Positions 52,185 to 64,000 of a stretch of DNA of 64,000 bases are shown here, piece after piece. This DNA is from Schmidtea polychroa. Taxonomy: Eukaryota. Every line of letters begins with the position of its first letter. The first letter of the stretch is position 1. Under the pieces are notes generated by a model. The model searched no databases and was not told the DNA's origin. It saw only the letters and a list, made by a program, of their open reading frames with translations. The stretch covers positions 53,818,001-53,882,000 of the forward strand of contig CM097885.1 in the NCBI GenBank assembly GCA_044892525.1, written 5' to 3'. The position numbers and the translations under genes were made by a program.

Positions 52185-55100
52185 AGTCACCAATGATAGC
52201 ACCGACATCGGGTGACAGCCAAACCTTCACGGTGCATAGCAATGGCCTCAATTTTCTTGTTGATTCAGGTTCAATAATTTCATTATTACCGAATTACCTA
52301 TACAAAAACACAAAAACCGAAACCGCAAATTTGTGCGCAGCAAACGGCAGCCCAATAAAAACGTTCGGAAAGCAAAACATTAACATCACCATCAACAACA
52401 CACAATACAATTGGCAATTCACTATCGCTGAAGTCAAACAAGCTATTTTAGGAGCAGATTTCCTTTCATACTATAATCTACTAGTCGACTGTAAGAATGG
52501 AAAAGTCATACCAAACAATTCAAATGACATACACCACAAAAATAAACAATCAAAAAAACAAATCAATTGTGACATCGGAGTAATAACAGCCCAAAACGGT
52601 GAAGAAAAAACAAATAAAACAGAAACAAACTGGCACATACCTAACGAAATCACAAAACTGATACAAAATGTAGCAAATATAACTAATAAATTAGAAGCAA
52701 ACAATAACACCAAATGCATAACCGAACACATAATAATTAGCAACGGAAACCCAGTCCATGCAAAAGTCAGACAGTTAGACAAAAATAAACTCGAGATAAC
52801 TAAGAAAATATTCGACGAACTACTAGAAAATCAAATCGTCAAACACTCAAACTCAAACTGGTCATCAGCCCTCATGCTTAAAGAAAAGGCAAACGGCGAA
52901 TGGCGAGCCTGCGGAGACTACAGAGCATTAAACAATATCACAACAGCCGACAAATACCCAATCCCAATAATAAACGATATCATCAACAGATTTAACAAAC
53001 CCAAAATTTTCAGCAAAATCGATTTACAAAAAGCCTATCATCAAATTCCCGTCAGAACTGAATACATAAAGAAAACAGCAATCATCACACCCATAGGACT
53101 GTTCGAGTATAACAAAATGCCTTTCGGATTAAAAAATGCTGCAGCCACTTTCCAACGCTTCATGGACCAAATATTACGAAATCAACAGAACACAGTCGCA
53201 TACCTTGACGACATTCTGATAGCATCTGCAAACAAAACAGAACATATACAAAATATTAAAAATGTGTTCGAAATATTAAGCAAACACGAGCTAAAAATTA
53301 ACATAAAAAAATGTGAATTTCTGAAAACAGAAATAAAATTCCTGGGACACATGTTAAACGAAAACGGAACAAGACCTTTAGACGACAAAATCAAAGCAAT
53401 CAAAAATTACCCCCTACCCAAAACTACTAAAGAGCTAAGACGTTTCCTTGGAATGATCAATTTCTATCACAAATACATACCAAGATGTAGTGAAATGCTA
53501 GCCCCTCTCAATGAACTGAACAAAATAAAGAGAAACATCAAAATAGATTGGAACGAAAAACTAATAACAGCGTTCGAGCAGGCAAAAGAAAATCTGAAAA
53601 ATGCAAGCATCCTAAACTATCCCAACCAAGATTTACCATACATAGTCAACACAGATTGTTCGGGAGTAGCAATGGGCGGAACGATATTCCAAGAAGAAAA
53701 TAACGAAAAAAGACCAATAGCCTTCTTCTCAAAGAAACTCAAAACTCACCAAATGAGATACTCCACTTTTGACAGGGAGTTATTAGCGTTACATGATACA
53801 ATCAGACATTTCCAATACTTTTTGGAAGGAAAAGATTTCGAAGTGTATACCGACCATAAACCCTTAATAAACGCAATGAACATGAAAAATCCTTCACCGA
53901 GACAAATAAGACAATTAAACTATATTTCACAATTTAATTGCAAAATAAAATACATAGCAGGTTCTGCTAACATAAGTGCAGATGCATTATCAAGAATAGA
54001 AACTGACATAAATGCACTTAACATAACACCCATCATAGAGTTAGAAAAGTTAAAAACTAAACAAAAAGAAACAACAATCGAAACTCCAAGGATGAATTCA
54101 CTCCATCTGGAAGAAATAGACGGCATATGGTACGACACTTCAAATGACAATAACAAAAGGATTGTAGTACCAGCAGAACTGCGCGATCAATACCTCCAAA
54201 AATACCACAACATCTACCATCCGGGAAACAAAGCCACATACGAACTTCTGCATACCAAAGTTGTTTGGCCTTATATGAGAAGGGACGTAAAAACATTCGT
54301 AAAAAATTGCCCACAGTGTCAAAAGAATAAAATAACAACAAAACAATTCAAAACAACAATTGTACAATTCCCAAGTTCTGAACCGTTCGAAACGATACAT
54401 ATCGACATAGTCGGCCCTCTACCTCCAAATAATAAACACAAGTACTTATTAACTATAATAGATCGAAAAACAAATTGGTTCGAAGCCATTCCCATAAAGG
54501 AAATATCAGCAGCAAAAATATGCAGTAAATTAGAATTAAACTGGTTCGCCCGGTATGGCTGCCCAAAGACAATAATCAGCGATCAGGGTAGGCAATTTGA
54601 ATCCGACATTTTCAAAGGACTTTGCAACAAATATAACATCAACAAAACCAGAACAACAGCATACAATCCACAATCAAACGGAAAAGTCGAGAGATTACAC
54701 CGATCATTAAAACAAGCAATCAGAACAAAAACAAATAATAACAACAACTGGTTAGAAAAATTACCAGAAATACTAATAGGATTACGAAACAACCCTTCAA
54801 GCCTAAACAACAAAAGCCCTAGCCAATCAGTTTTTGGACACCATACAAACCTACCAAACTTAAAGGACGAAAACGAAAACAAGATAAAAACTACCGCCAA
54901 AGAATCACAAATACCCATACTAAAAAGTATTCTAAAAAACAAAAATAATAATAAAACCCAAAACCAAACAGAACTAATAATAGACATGGTTTTAGTAAAG
55001 AAACCCTTCACTAGCGGATTTGAAACAAAGTACGAAGGCCCATACAAACTGTTAAATATGTATAAAAACGTTGGCACAATTTTAAAACACAATAAACAAA

Positions 55101-55294
55101 TCAAAATAAACATACGCAGATTAAAACCATATCACGAAAACAACCACCCAAAGTACAAAACTCAAGAACGAACAGAAATACAGACAAACCAGAAACACAT
55201 CAGATTCAGCGAAAAAGACTTAACAAAAATTTTTGACAAGAACACAACAATCTCACCAGAATACAAAAAGCGTTATAGCGATTGCCTCAAATAA
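52136..55294 (+). CDS. pol: Gypsy Pol (PR-RT-RNaseH-IN), uninterrupted, in the -1 frame relative to gag
   Basis: FLVDSGS, CGDYRALN, YLDDIL, NTDCS, TDHKPL, ADALSR, H..YHPG...C..C, HIDIVGP, SDQGRQF, NGKVER. Confidence 0.95.
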   Translation: MQQTLHLRQRRVGKHIKSPMIAPTSGDSQTFTVHSNGLNFLVDSGSIISLLPNYLYKNTKTETANLCAANGSPIKTFGKQNINITINNTQYNWQFTIAEVKQAILGADFLSYYNLLVDCKNGKVIPNNSNDIHHKNKQSKKQINCDIGVITAQNGEEKTNKTETNWHIPNEITKLIQNVANITNKLEANNNTKCITEHIIISNGNPVHAKVRQLDKNKLEITKKIFDELLENQIVKHSNSNWSSALMLKEKANGEWRACGDYRALNNITTADKYPIPIINDIINRFNKPKIFSKIDLQKAYHQIPVRTEYIKKTAIITPIGLFEYNKMPFGLKNAAATFQRFMDQILRNQQNTVAYLDDILIASANKTEHIQNIKNVFEILSKHELKINIKKCEFLKTEIKFLGHMLNENGTRPLDDKIKAIKNYPLPKTTKELRRFLGMINFYHKYIPRCSEMLAPLNELNKIKRNIKIDWNEKLITAFEQAKENLKNASILNYPNQDLPYIVNTDCSGVAMGGTIFQEENNEKRPIAFFSKKLKTHQMRYSTFDRELLALHDTIRHFQYFLEGKDFEVYTDHKPLINAMNMKNPSPRQIRQLNYISQFNCKIKYIAGSANISADALSRIETDINALNITPIIELEKLKTKQKETTIETPRMNSLHLEEIDGIWYDTSNDNNKRIVVPAELRDQYLQKYHNIYHPGNKATYELLHTKVVWPYMRRDVKTFVKNCPQCQKNKITTKQFKTTIVQFPSSEPFETIHIDIVGPLPPNNKHKYLLTIIDRKTNWFEAIPIKEISAAKICSKLELNWFARYGCPKTIISDQGRQFESDIFKGLCNKYNINKTRTTAYNPQSNGKVERLHRSLKQAIRTKTNNNNNWLEKLPEILIGLRNNPSSLNNKSPSQSVFGHHTNLPNLKDENENKIKTTAKESQIPILKSILKNKNNNKTQNQTELIIDMVLVKKPFTSGFETKYEGPYKLLNMYKNVGTILKHNKQIKINIRRLKPYHENNHPKYKTQERTEIQTNQKHIRFSEKDLTKIFDKNTTISPEYKKRYSDCLK

Positions 55295-57074
55295 ACAACA
55301 CATGCACCCACAAAATTTAGTTGTACAATTTTTATAATGTGCTAGTTGTAAAACACAAAACATAAACACAACTAAATCATCACAAAACACAACAACATAT
55401 GCTTTATCTTATCTCTGTAAATATGTAAAGCTGTTTAAATGTTAACCTCCGGTTCTAAAGGGGGAAGTTCTGTAATGTATTGTGATTCTCTGTTTTTTTG
55501 GTTTTGTTAATCACATTGTATGAATGTAATAAACAATTCTGCACGCTGTACGTGGAGAAGGTTTTTATTTTATTTAAAAAAATAAATAAACTATATAGTG
55601 ATAATTTACCATAGTAAATTATCACTATAGAAAAATGACAAATTAATAAAATCAATAAGAAAATTTTAAAAAAAACAAAAACTCCAGAAGATTAAATCAA
55701 ATTGAACAACTGAAGAATTAGAATTATCAGCGCTATATTAAATTGAAGAATTGGAAGATATTTTCTTTCCCGTACTCTTTGAACGATCGAAAAGAAAACT
55801 AAACAGAAATATAGACCCCAAGAAAATAGAAAAAGACAAATACACAACCGATAATTTTGTAACAAGTGACAACTGATATACTTTCCTACCAAATTCCTGT
55901 TCAGTTCAAATTCTACAACAACATCCACTACCTATTCTTATATTCCCTAAACAATCAAAAAGAAAACTAAATAGAAATATAAATTCGAAAACAAGGAACG
56001 AATACCCAACTATTAACATCGAGTCAAGAGACAATTGATATACTTTTCTATCCTCACTCAAGGTTTTTTAATTTGGTTAAATAAAAGTTTTAGATTAATA
56101 TACTATTGTTTATATTATTTTTATTTGCTTTATTGTTACACAACACGCACCCCGATAGTCCCAACACATTTTTCTTACCGGTGACTCTATCGGGTCCTTC
56201 AAATTTCTAGCATAGCACACCACAATAATATAATAATACAACAAACAACCTAACAGTGATGTTAGATGATTCATATTTGAATTAATTTTTCATCCGCTTA
56301 GTGTCATTTTCTTAACAATTAACTTCATTGAAGATTTTCTTTTAAAAGCCAATAAATTGTATTCAAAAACAAACAACATAATTGTTACCAGTAGATAAAT
56401 TACACGTATTTAATATCTATTAGTACTCAGATATTAATAATCCCCATTCTGCAATGATTTTGGATAATGTTAATAATTTGTATTATGACCAACACAATCC
56501 AGTTATCTCCATGAGTATATCATATGCAACCTCAGTATCTTAGTTGCTGGTTGATTGTCAGCCATTATTGTTGTTGGCTATTTAGCAAAGTTTAGTTAAC
56601 AAAGAATTAGATTATGGCAACGAAGAATCGAATGAATTGAATATTTTTATTAATAAAGTTTTGTGTTATTTCTTTATGTGATTTAATTGATATTATTTTT
56701 GTGTTATTCTTTGATGTTATTTTATTTATAGCTAGCTGTTGATACTTATCTGTTAGTACATAATTGTTTGGTGGCTGCCTAATGGTTGTGTTACATTGTA
56801 TTAAACTGTCCTCTAGCCTGTCAGAGAGCTTCCTGTAGCAGCTTTGTTAGTCATATTCTTCTAATTAAAGTATCATCATCATTGTAACATAGGAAGACTG
56901 TTACAATTAGAACTCTTTTGGTTCAACTGGTACATCATAAAACATAATTAGTGTGACGCCATATTCAGCTCAACTCACTCATGTGCCCACATCAAGTTTT
57001 ACATATAATATTATATTTACTATATAATTCAACTAATTTACTGAAATACTGAATAAACAAATGCTTTCACTAAC

Positions 57075-57839
57075 CGGTATCGGCATTTTAATCGTCGGAA
57101 CTTGATCTTCAGTTCTGTTTTTGTACGTTCCCTCTATATTGTTTGCACCTTCATACAGTTTGAGAGTACTAACCAATTCAGCATTTGTTTTCAAAGGAAA
57201 ATCTTGTCCGGTAAGATTAATCAAATATTTCCACTTCTTGTATCGATAAAAGAGTTCATTCATGCAACTAAGGTCAGCCGCCAAAACAGACATTTTACTC
57301 CATTTCACATTAACACGGTCATTGGAGATGATAGTGTTGTTGAATTTTGAATTGAGACAATTTACTAATTTTTTAATGGCTTTGACATATCCCGAATAAG
57401 ACTTTTTATCGATATGAATGCAATAATAATTCCAAGGTCGATAAATTGTTCTCAATAGTCTTTCTACTTGAAAGGCATTTTCATATGCGACTATTGTGAA
57501 TGCAATAGGAAAAGACTCTTCGTTACTAATAGGTTTACCGAAAAAATATTTTTGATTTTCAAAAAATAAATTACAGTTTTGATCGATATTTTTGTAGAGT
57601 TTAGAATCAGAAACTAATTCATTCGGAGGAGTTTTCCATTTTTCTGCTGCATATAAGGTCACTGGATCAGTATCATGTAGAAATAGTTCTTTACAATTTG
57701 GTGCTATTTCATAAGCTATATAATTTTTAGGAATATATTCAATGGTATTAGATTTCAGGAAATGAAAGTAAACAAACAAACACAATATACTAAAGCATAA
57801 TAAAGAAGATAGAAGTAATTTGTAAATACTTAAACGCAT
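57075..57839 (-). CDS. GCNT: GCNT-like paralog C, exon 1 (joined protein about 420 aa; ~18.3 kb intron 38821-57074)
   Basis: TM anchor, FPIAFTIVAY, YCIHIDKKS, WKYLINLTGQDFPLKTN. Donor CCG|gttagt at the same codon position as in paralog B. Confidence 0.9.
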
Positions 57840-60800
57840 TTATGGAATCTAAAAATGAATGTAAGAAAATTATCATGTTAAAAAATAAATGTACCTTATA
57901 ATATTGATATTAAAAATTAATAATTTTAAAATATTTCACAAAATAGCAGATATTGCAAACCAATTTAATTTTACTTTATATATTATTTAAACAATCGTAG
58001 AGGAAAAGAAATTTTAAAATTATCTACTTTACAAACTTAAATTATTCTATTAAAAAATAATTATTTAAGTTATTGTTGGTATTAAATATATTTTATAATA
58101 AAATATGAAACTACACAAACCACGTCCAAAGATATTTTTCGAGAAATACTTTTGTCGACATCTTAGTTGTAAATATTTTTATAATTGATGTTAATTGAAC
58201 ACGCTTAAGGCATATTTATTAGATTTTAAATTTTTGATTATTTTTAATTAATATTTTTGTACTTTAAATTATTATTGTGAATTTGGTGTTTATTTGATTT
58301 TTCACCTCATTATTTTGTACATTTCTTGTCGAACCCCAACACATTGTTTGTTATTATTAACCATTTCATGTATTTGTTGGTTACTTAGGGGTGTGTCATT
58401 TTAAATTTTAAATACGTTAGGGGTAATCATAGGCATTCACTCGACTCTTTCCTAAGCACCTCCATGACTATTGTACTTTAAACCATTTGTGTACCCATGG
58501 CGACGACCATGTTGGTACTGTACACAAAGGCGAAAAAACAATGAGCAGGTGAGCTCTATTGCTAAAACTACTCCCCATTGTATTTTCTCTTCGGGTTCTA
58601 GACGGCCGATAGAAGGTCTTAGGTCATCGATCATTTTCTATTTCTACTTTTCTATCTCATTCGGCTATGGTCCGCGTCTCTAGATGTTTTCTATTGTTTC
58701 CTTTCAAGATTTTGTGTAGTGATGCGTCCTTATTTTTCTATTAATAAAGGTTGCTAGGTATTTTTCTTGATATTTATGAATATTTAACCTATCTCGCAAA
58801 AAATTTGAGCAGGGATTGGCCCTTATCTCCAAGTTAATCCACACTTGCCATAATATTTAAATTGTCCTTCAAAAAATTTGAGCAGGGATCTGCCTGTATT
58901 CTTAGTCCTAACCTATTTTTGACCAAAGTACTTCCAGCGACGGACCCATGGAAAAGCCTCCACATTTCGGCACGAAATCAGCTGAGCGATTGAAAAACCA
59001 GCTTACCCACCAGTCTGAGCATCCCGCAGGTACCCGAAACCATAATATGCTGGATCTCAATTCCACGGCACCATCGTTCACAATCAACAAATAATATAAT
59101 TGAACTCAATAAAAACTATTATTTAAAACTTGAAACTAAATGAAATTAAACCATTAAAAAGGACAACAAAAGAAAATTTAACTGAGACATTAATTGCATA
59201 TAAAATTTATTAATTAAAACACTTCGTAAAAATTACAAGAACAATAACAAATAAATTACCACATCCACGTTGGCATAAAATCGAAACTGAGAGCTTTACT
59301 GTCTACAAATTAAGTGGCCATGTTGAAAAAAAAAAGTTTTTCAAATGAATTTATGATCAGTATTTATATTGATTTTGAATGCGCATTCATGCATTCGCTG
59401 TCACTCTATCCAATCAGAGTGCGAGAAATTTTGAATTAATTTTGCATACATGCATGAATGGGTGTAATTATTTATTTAATTTTGATTTCATTAATTTAAT
59501 TAATTAATTATTTAATTTTTTTATTAATTTTAATAATTTATAAATTTTATAATTTAAATATTTCGAGTTATTTTAATTTTTATTAATTTAAACACTTTTA
59601 TTCTTTAAATTTAATAAGTTACATAATTCTAACCATTTAATTCTATAAACTTTACAATTTACATAATGTTAACTAATTTTATTGTTTTGACGATTTAATT
59701 TGTATATCGTTTAATAATTTTCAAATAATTCTATTTTACATTTTATTATTTTCCTATCGAAAAATTTTTTAAGTGTTCAATTTTTTGTTACATTTATTTA
59801 TCTCTTTATTCTATTATACGGGGTTTATTGATTCTTAATGTTTATTTTATTTATTCTATATTAAACCTTGATCACAAATTTTTTCAAATTGGCGGTTTTT
59901 GTGTTAGGTATTTTCGATCGATTAAAACAAACTCTCAGTTCTCGGTTTCAGCCCAACATATTGTTCAAAGATTTGAATGTAGCAAAAAGATTTGGATTTT
60001 CATAAACAAGTATCAAATCTAAAAAGATACACACAGATACCTAAAAGAAGGCGACCGAAGACAGAATATCAAACTAAAAGTAATCTTTACTTTCGATCAT
60101 TTCGAACGTTTCCTTTTAAGGATGACTGATATATAACATACATTGATCAGTTACAAGTTTATCTAATTTAAAATTGTTCGCCAAATTTTTCTAGTATTGA
60201 TCTTAAAAAAGATTTTTTTTAATTTGAATTGAAACCTGATATTAGTAATGTCAAATTTTAATGGAAATTTTACAAAAACATTGGGAAACAACTTTTCCAA
60301 ATGGTAAAATTGGTGAGGGTATAGCAAAACCAAAAATAACTAAACTTCTTCAACAGATGTTCATCAAATCGAATTTGGAGTATTTGAAGAAATATTTCCA
60401 ATGAATTCTATTACTGACAGTATAAATGAAGTTGAATTATACATTAATGGTTTGTAAACTGAATATTTAAATTTTAACGATACTTAATTAACTAATCAGA
60501 TCAAGGTTAAAGATAAAGATAAAAAGTCTTAGGGTGATGCAGATGCTACCATACCGAAGAATGTCTTGTTTTACACATTTTTTAAAGAACCAGTTCTTGG
60601 ATTTAATAATATTAAGATTGGAAGCAGTAACAATACATATATTGACAAAGAAATTATAGATACTATTATTTATTAGGTTAGACGGAGGAGCAGAATTGTA
60701 GCAACTGAAGCTGCAGGCATCGGTGCCGATGAAAAGGATGGATTAGTAGTAGGGTTAGCTCAGGCCACATGCTATTCATACAAAATATATTCTAATTACT

Positions 60801-63099
60801 TTACAATGTTATGTACAGAAGCTTTTCGTAGTCATTTTATTGTTGGGGTGGGTATTTTTCTCTTAATACTTCTGGCAATGAATTTAATATTATCTCAACC
60901 TTTAACAAGCGGGTTCTTAGTTCGGACAGATGTTTTAACTTGGTTTCTTTGTTTCTCAGTTATTGGGTCTGGGTTTGTATTTTTTCTGTAGTTGTTTTAT
61001 TTCTTGATTAGATTTCTTCATGTTCTTTCGTGCATGGTTTGTAAGAAGCCACGCTTTCTTCTTTCCTCCTCATTTCTTTAAACTTTTTTGCTTTTTCTTC
61101 CCATTCTCGATATTTGCGGTTACATTTTCTCATTTCTTTACATTCTAGTTTATTCTGTTCTAGTTGTTGTTTTAAGATTTTGATCGTTTCTTTTGCTACA
61201 TTGGCTGCTGTTCGCCAATAGTCATTAATTATGGCTTCTGCCTACGTGCTGGCTCGTTCTTGCCGCAGTTCCTTCACTATTCTCTCCCAATTTCTTCCTC
61301 CCCGTCTTTGCTCTTTGAGTCACTCGTTTTCATCATCTGCTTTTCCCTTAATTTCATTTAACAAACTGTACTCTTTTTTCAGTATCTTGGTCATCTTCCT
61401 TGAGTCAGTCCCACCACTTCTCAATTAGTCTGTTGTTTTCCTTTTTTGCCTCTTTTATTTTTTCTTCTAGGGTTTTTCTTTGGACTTGTTCGATTTCTAT
61501 TTCCTCTGCTTTCACTATGATTTTTTACATGTTGGATTCTTAGTTCATTTCTAAATAATTCCTCATTATAGTACCTTACGATTTATATACATTGTTGGGA
61601 TGCAGTTCCCAGTTATTTCTATTTTCTATTTACATTTTTACATTCCTTCTCGATTCATCTTTATACAAAAGTTTCTTCTTGTCCACCGTATCCGTCGTCG
61701 CTGTCGATCGATGACGTTATGCGGACGGCTATAGGGTCGTACGGAACCCAAACTCTAGGTGATTGCGCTCTCAATTCATTGACTTTATGTTTTAGAGATC
61801 TCGTAATATTTAATTCTTCGTCTATTAGGTAAGTCAGGTATCTGCCTTCCTCGTCTCTTATCTCAATCTCCATTTCTAAGTCGTTGATCTTTTCGTCGCT
61901 TCTCTATTTTCCAGCTCTTTTTCCAGATTCTTGATATTTTTGTCATACATCTTTTGCTCGTCTCTTAACCTTTTACTTTTTACCGGTTAGTACCATATTT
62001 CTTAACTCGATCACTCCCTTGTATCCGTAACTGTCTCTTTCTACTTCCTCTACATTTTTAGTGAGGTCTAATATCTGCCCTGCTTGTTGTGCTATCATAT
62101 CATCCATCAAGACGGTTTTCCTGGTCATTCAACGCCCACTTCATGTATAAATATATTTCATACTCCATCGCTTTAATTATTTTCCTCATCCGTTTCAATT
62201 CCTCTATTTGGTTTGCAAATTCTCCCAATACTTCACTTTCTCTCGGAAGGAGTAACTTCTTAAGCAATTTGCAAATCTGTTTCTCAAGCCCTGTGCGGAT
62301 GCTTTTCCAGTTTCTGGCCTGCCAGAAAATCTGCCCTGTACGTTTCTCGGCTCGTTTCTTTTCCTTTTTCCAATTTTTGCTATTGACTTTCTCTCGTTCT
62401 TTCATTTCTGTTACTAGTTGTTTTAAGTATTTGCTGTAGCTCTTCTGTCTTGTGATTTCTGCTGATTACCATTTGGCTGCTCTTTTTTTTTGCAGGCTTC
62501 ATAAATTGCGATTTAATCTCTGATCTTGGTTATTTTCCCATTCTCTTGTTTCTTCTATTTCTTCTCTCATTCTATTCATGAATTGATGTGTTATTTTTAT
62601 CCATTGGGCTTTGACATCACTAGTCACTTAAATTAATGTGTTTGTTGATTCGGTAGCTGTGCTTCATTCTTGGGTCATATTCTAAAATTATAAGGCGATA
62701 AACTTGTTTCACAACATGTTTTTAATCTATCTGATTTTAGATCATTTTTTTGCTTGATTTTAAACGTTTATTGTCATTGGCATTCTTTACTTTTACTATA
62801 TACAACATTTAGTTGGTACAGAGCCGTTTTAAAATTGTCATAGGAGCTACTGTTGGGTGAAGTAAAGAGACCAGTATCAGTTGGTTTTCTAAAAATTCTG
62901 CCTCATTTGTTTCTTTTTTCCTGTTGTATTAACAGATCCAAGAAAGCAAGTGATGATTTTTTCTCGGTTTTACATAAGAATACAATGTTTTATATCGACT
63001 ATTCATATAATGCAAAATCGGCTGAAATGCCTTTGATATTCAAATGTAAAAAAAATATCATTTTCATAACGTTTATAAACGGTAAGTTTCATAAATTGG

Positions 63100-63443
63100 A
63101 AAAATGCAATTTTCTTTTCTAAGCTTGCCAAAAAAATTGACGTTATCTTTAATGCTAAAGGAGAACCCACAGCAACTACATCTATTTGTCATTACTAATA
63201 TATAATTATATAATTTTTCCAAATGTAAATATTGCTTTATGAATTTATCTTTCAATTTTTGGATCAAGATGTGAAGGTGAACAATCTTTTTCAAAACTAA
63301 AACTTATCTGCGGTCAACGATGGAACAATAACAATTGTCTTCTCTTGCACTTCTTTCAATTGAAAACGATTTATTGCGGGAAATGTCATTTGAAGAAGTT
63401 ATGTTTGATTTTGCTTATGCAAAGAGCCGCAAAGTTTATATAA
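63100..63443 (+). mobile_element. hAT C-terminal dimerization domain remnant (ZMYM1-like)
   Basis: FPNVNIAL.IYLSI...CEGEQSFSKLKLI..LRSTMEQ..LSSLALLSIEND...DFAYAKSRK. Confidence 0.75.
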
Positions 63444-64000
63444 TTTAGTCTATTATTTAGGCTGCTGTGCATAACAACTTAACTAAAAAGTTTCTAATCA
63501 TAAAAGTGATTGATTTTGTATTTTGAATTTTGCTTTTTTGAATTTATTTCTCTATTTTTAATCACTCAATAAAAAAATGATCACTGTGCCTACTGGACAA
63601 TTCGGCTCTGCTCGAAACATCATATTTTGGATGAAAGAGAATTTCGTGACTTTCTTGAATTCGCTACTTCAAAAATCAATTTTCTTTTTAGTAATGAATA
63701 CTATTCATTACTAAAAAGAAAATTGATTTTTGAAGTAGCGAATTCAAGAAAGTCACGAAATTCTCTTTCATCCAAAATATGATGTTTCGAGCAGAGCCGA
63801 ATTGTCCAGTAGGCACAGTGATCATTTTTTTATTGAGTGATTAAAAATAGAGAAATAAATTCAAAAAAGCAAAATTCAAAATACAAAATCAATCACTTTT
63901 ATGATTAGAAACTTTTTAGTTAAGTTGTTATGCACAGCAGCCTAAATAATAGACTAAATTATATAAACTTTGCGGCTCTTTGCATAAGCAAAATCAAACA
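63402..64000. repeat. Perfect palindrome centred on 63701, running off the window edge
   Basis: 63402-63700 is the exact reverse complement of 63702-64000, with a single-C spacer. Confidence 0.95.

Larger units (their letters stand above)
50105..56255 (+). mobile_element. Intact, young Ty3/Gypsy LTR retrotransposon inside the GCNT C intron (antisense to the host gene)
   Basis: TG...CA LTRs 50105-50890 and 55471-56255 differing only by a 1-bp poly-T indel as far as I can see. 5-bp TSD gtgat, PBS TGGTGTCAGAAG (50893-50904, tRNA-Leu-like), PPT aaagggggaag. Confidence 0.97.

Noticed and set aside
63582..63820. RAG recombination signal (CACAGTG) or stand-alone Transib MITE
   Set aside because: No nonamer at 12/23 spacing, and the inverted symmetry extends far beyond these ends, so the second copy is explained by the palindrome.

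Overview
AT-rich (about 70% A+T by eye) eukaryotic, probably invertebrate, genomic DNA. The taxon cannot be fixed from sequence alone. The only host genes I can support are a minus-strand tandem array of three core-2/I-branching beta-1,6-GlcNAc-transferase (GCNT, GT14) genes. Two are complete two-exon genes (57839-57075 + 38820-38323; 12955-12149 + 6013-5501) and the third is exon 1 only (636-1, leaving the window). There is also an intronless, decaying RNF126/RNF115-like copy. Almost everything else is transposon or virus derived. (a) Four Ty3/Gypsy elements: one intact with near-identical LTRs inside a GCNT intron, two with very short LTRs and non-TG...CA ends, one decayed, plus solo LTRs. 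(b) Several hAT elements and MITEs with 8-bp TSDs, and Tc1/mariner pieces. (c) Penelope-like fragments carrying minimal hammerhead ribozymes. (d) Polinton/Maverick-like virus remnants (protein-primed PolB, capsid pieces). Most notable: (1) a ~1 kb non-coding insertion packed with about 28 AP-1 sites plus CRE, nuclear-receptor half-site and X-box motifs, nested Helentron-style in a Gypsy that is itself nested in a hAT, which makes it a candidate mobile enhancer cassette; (2) a TBP-like gene and a spliced Cys-rich ORF head-to-head with the Polinton-like PolB; (3) two stem structures with compensatory changes shared by three diverged LTRs; (4) a PDE-to-PED swap at the predicted catalytic Glu of one GCNT paralog; (5) a perfect palindrome of at least 599 bp at the right edge.
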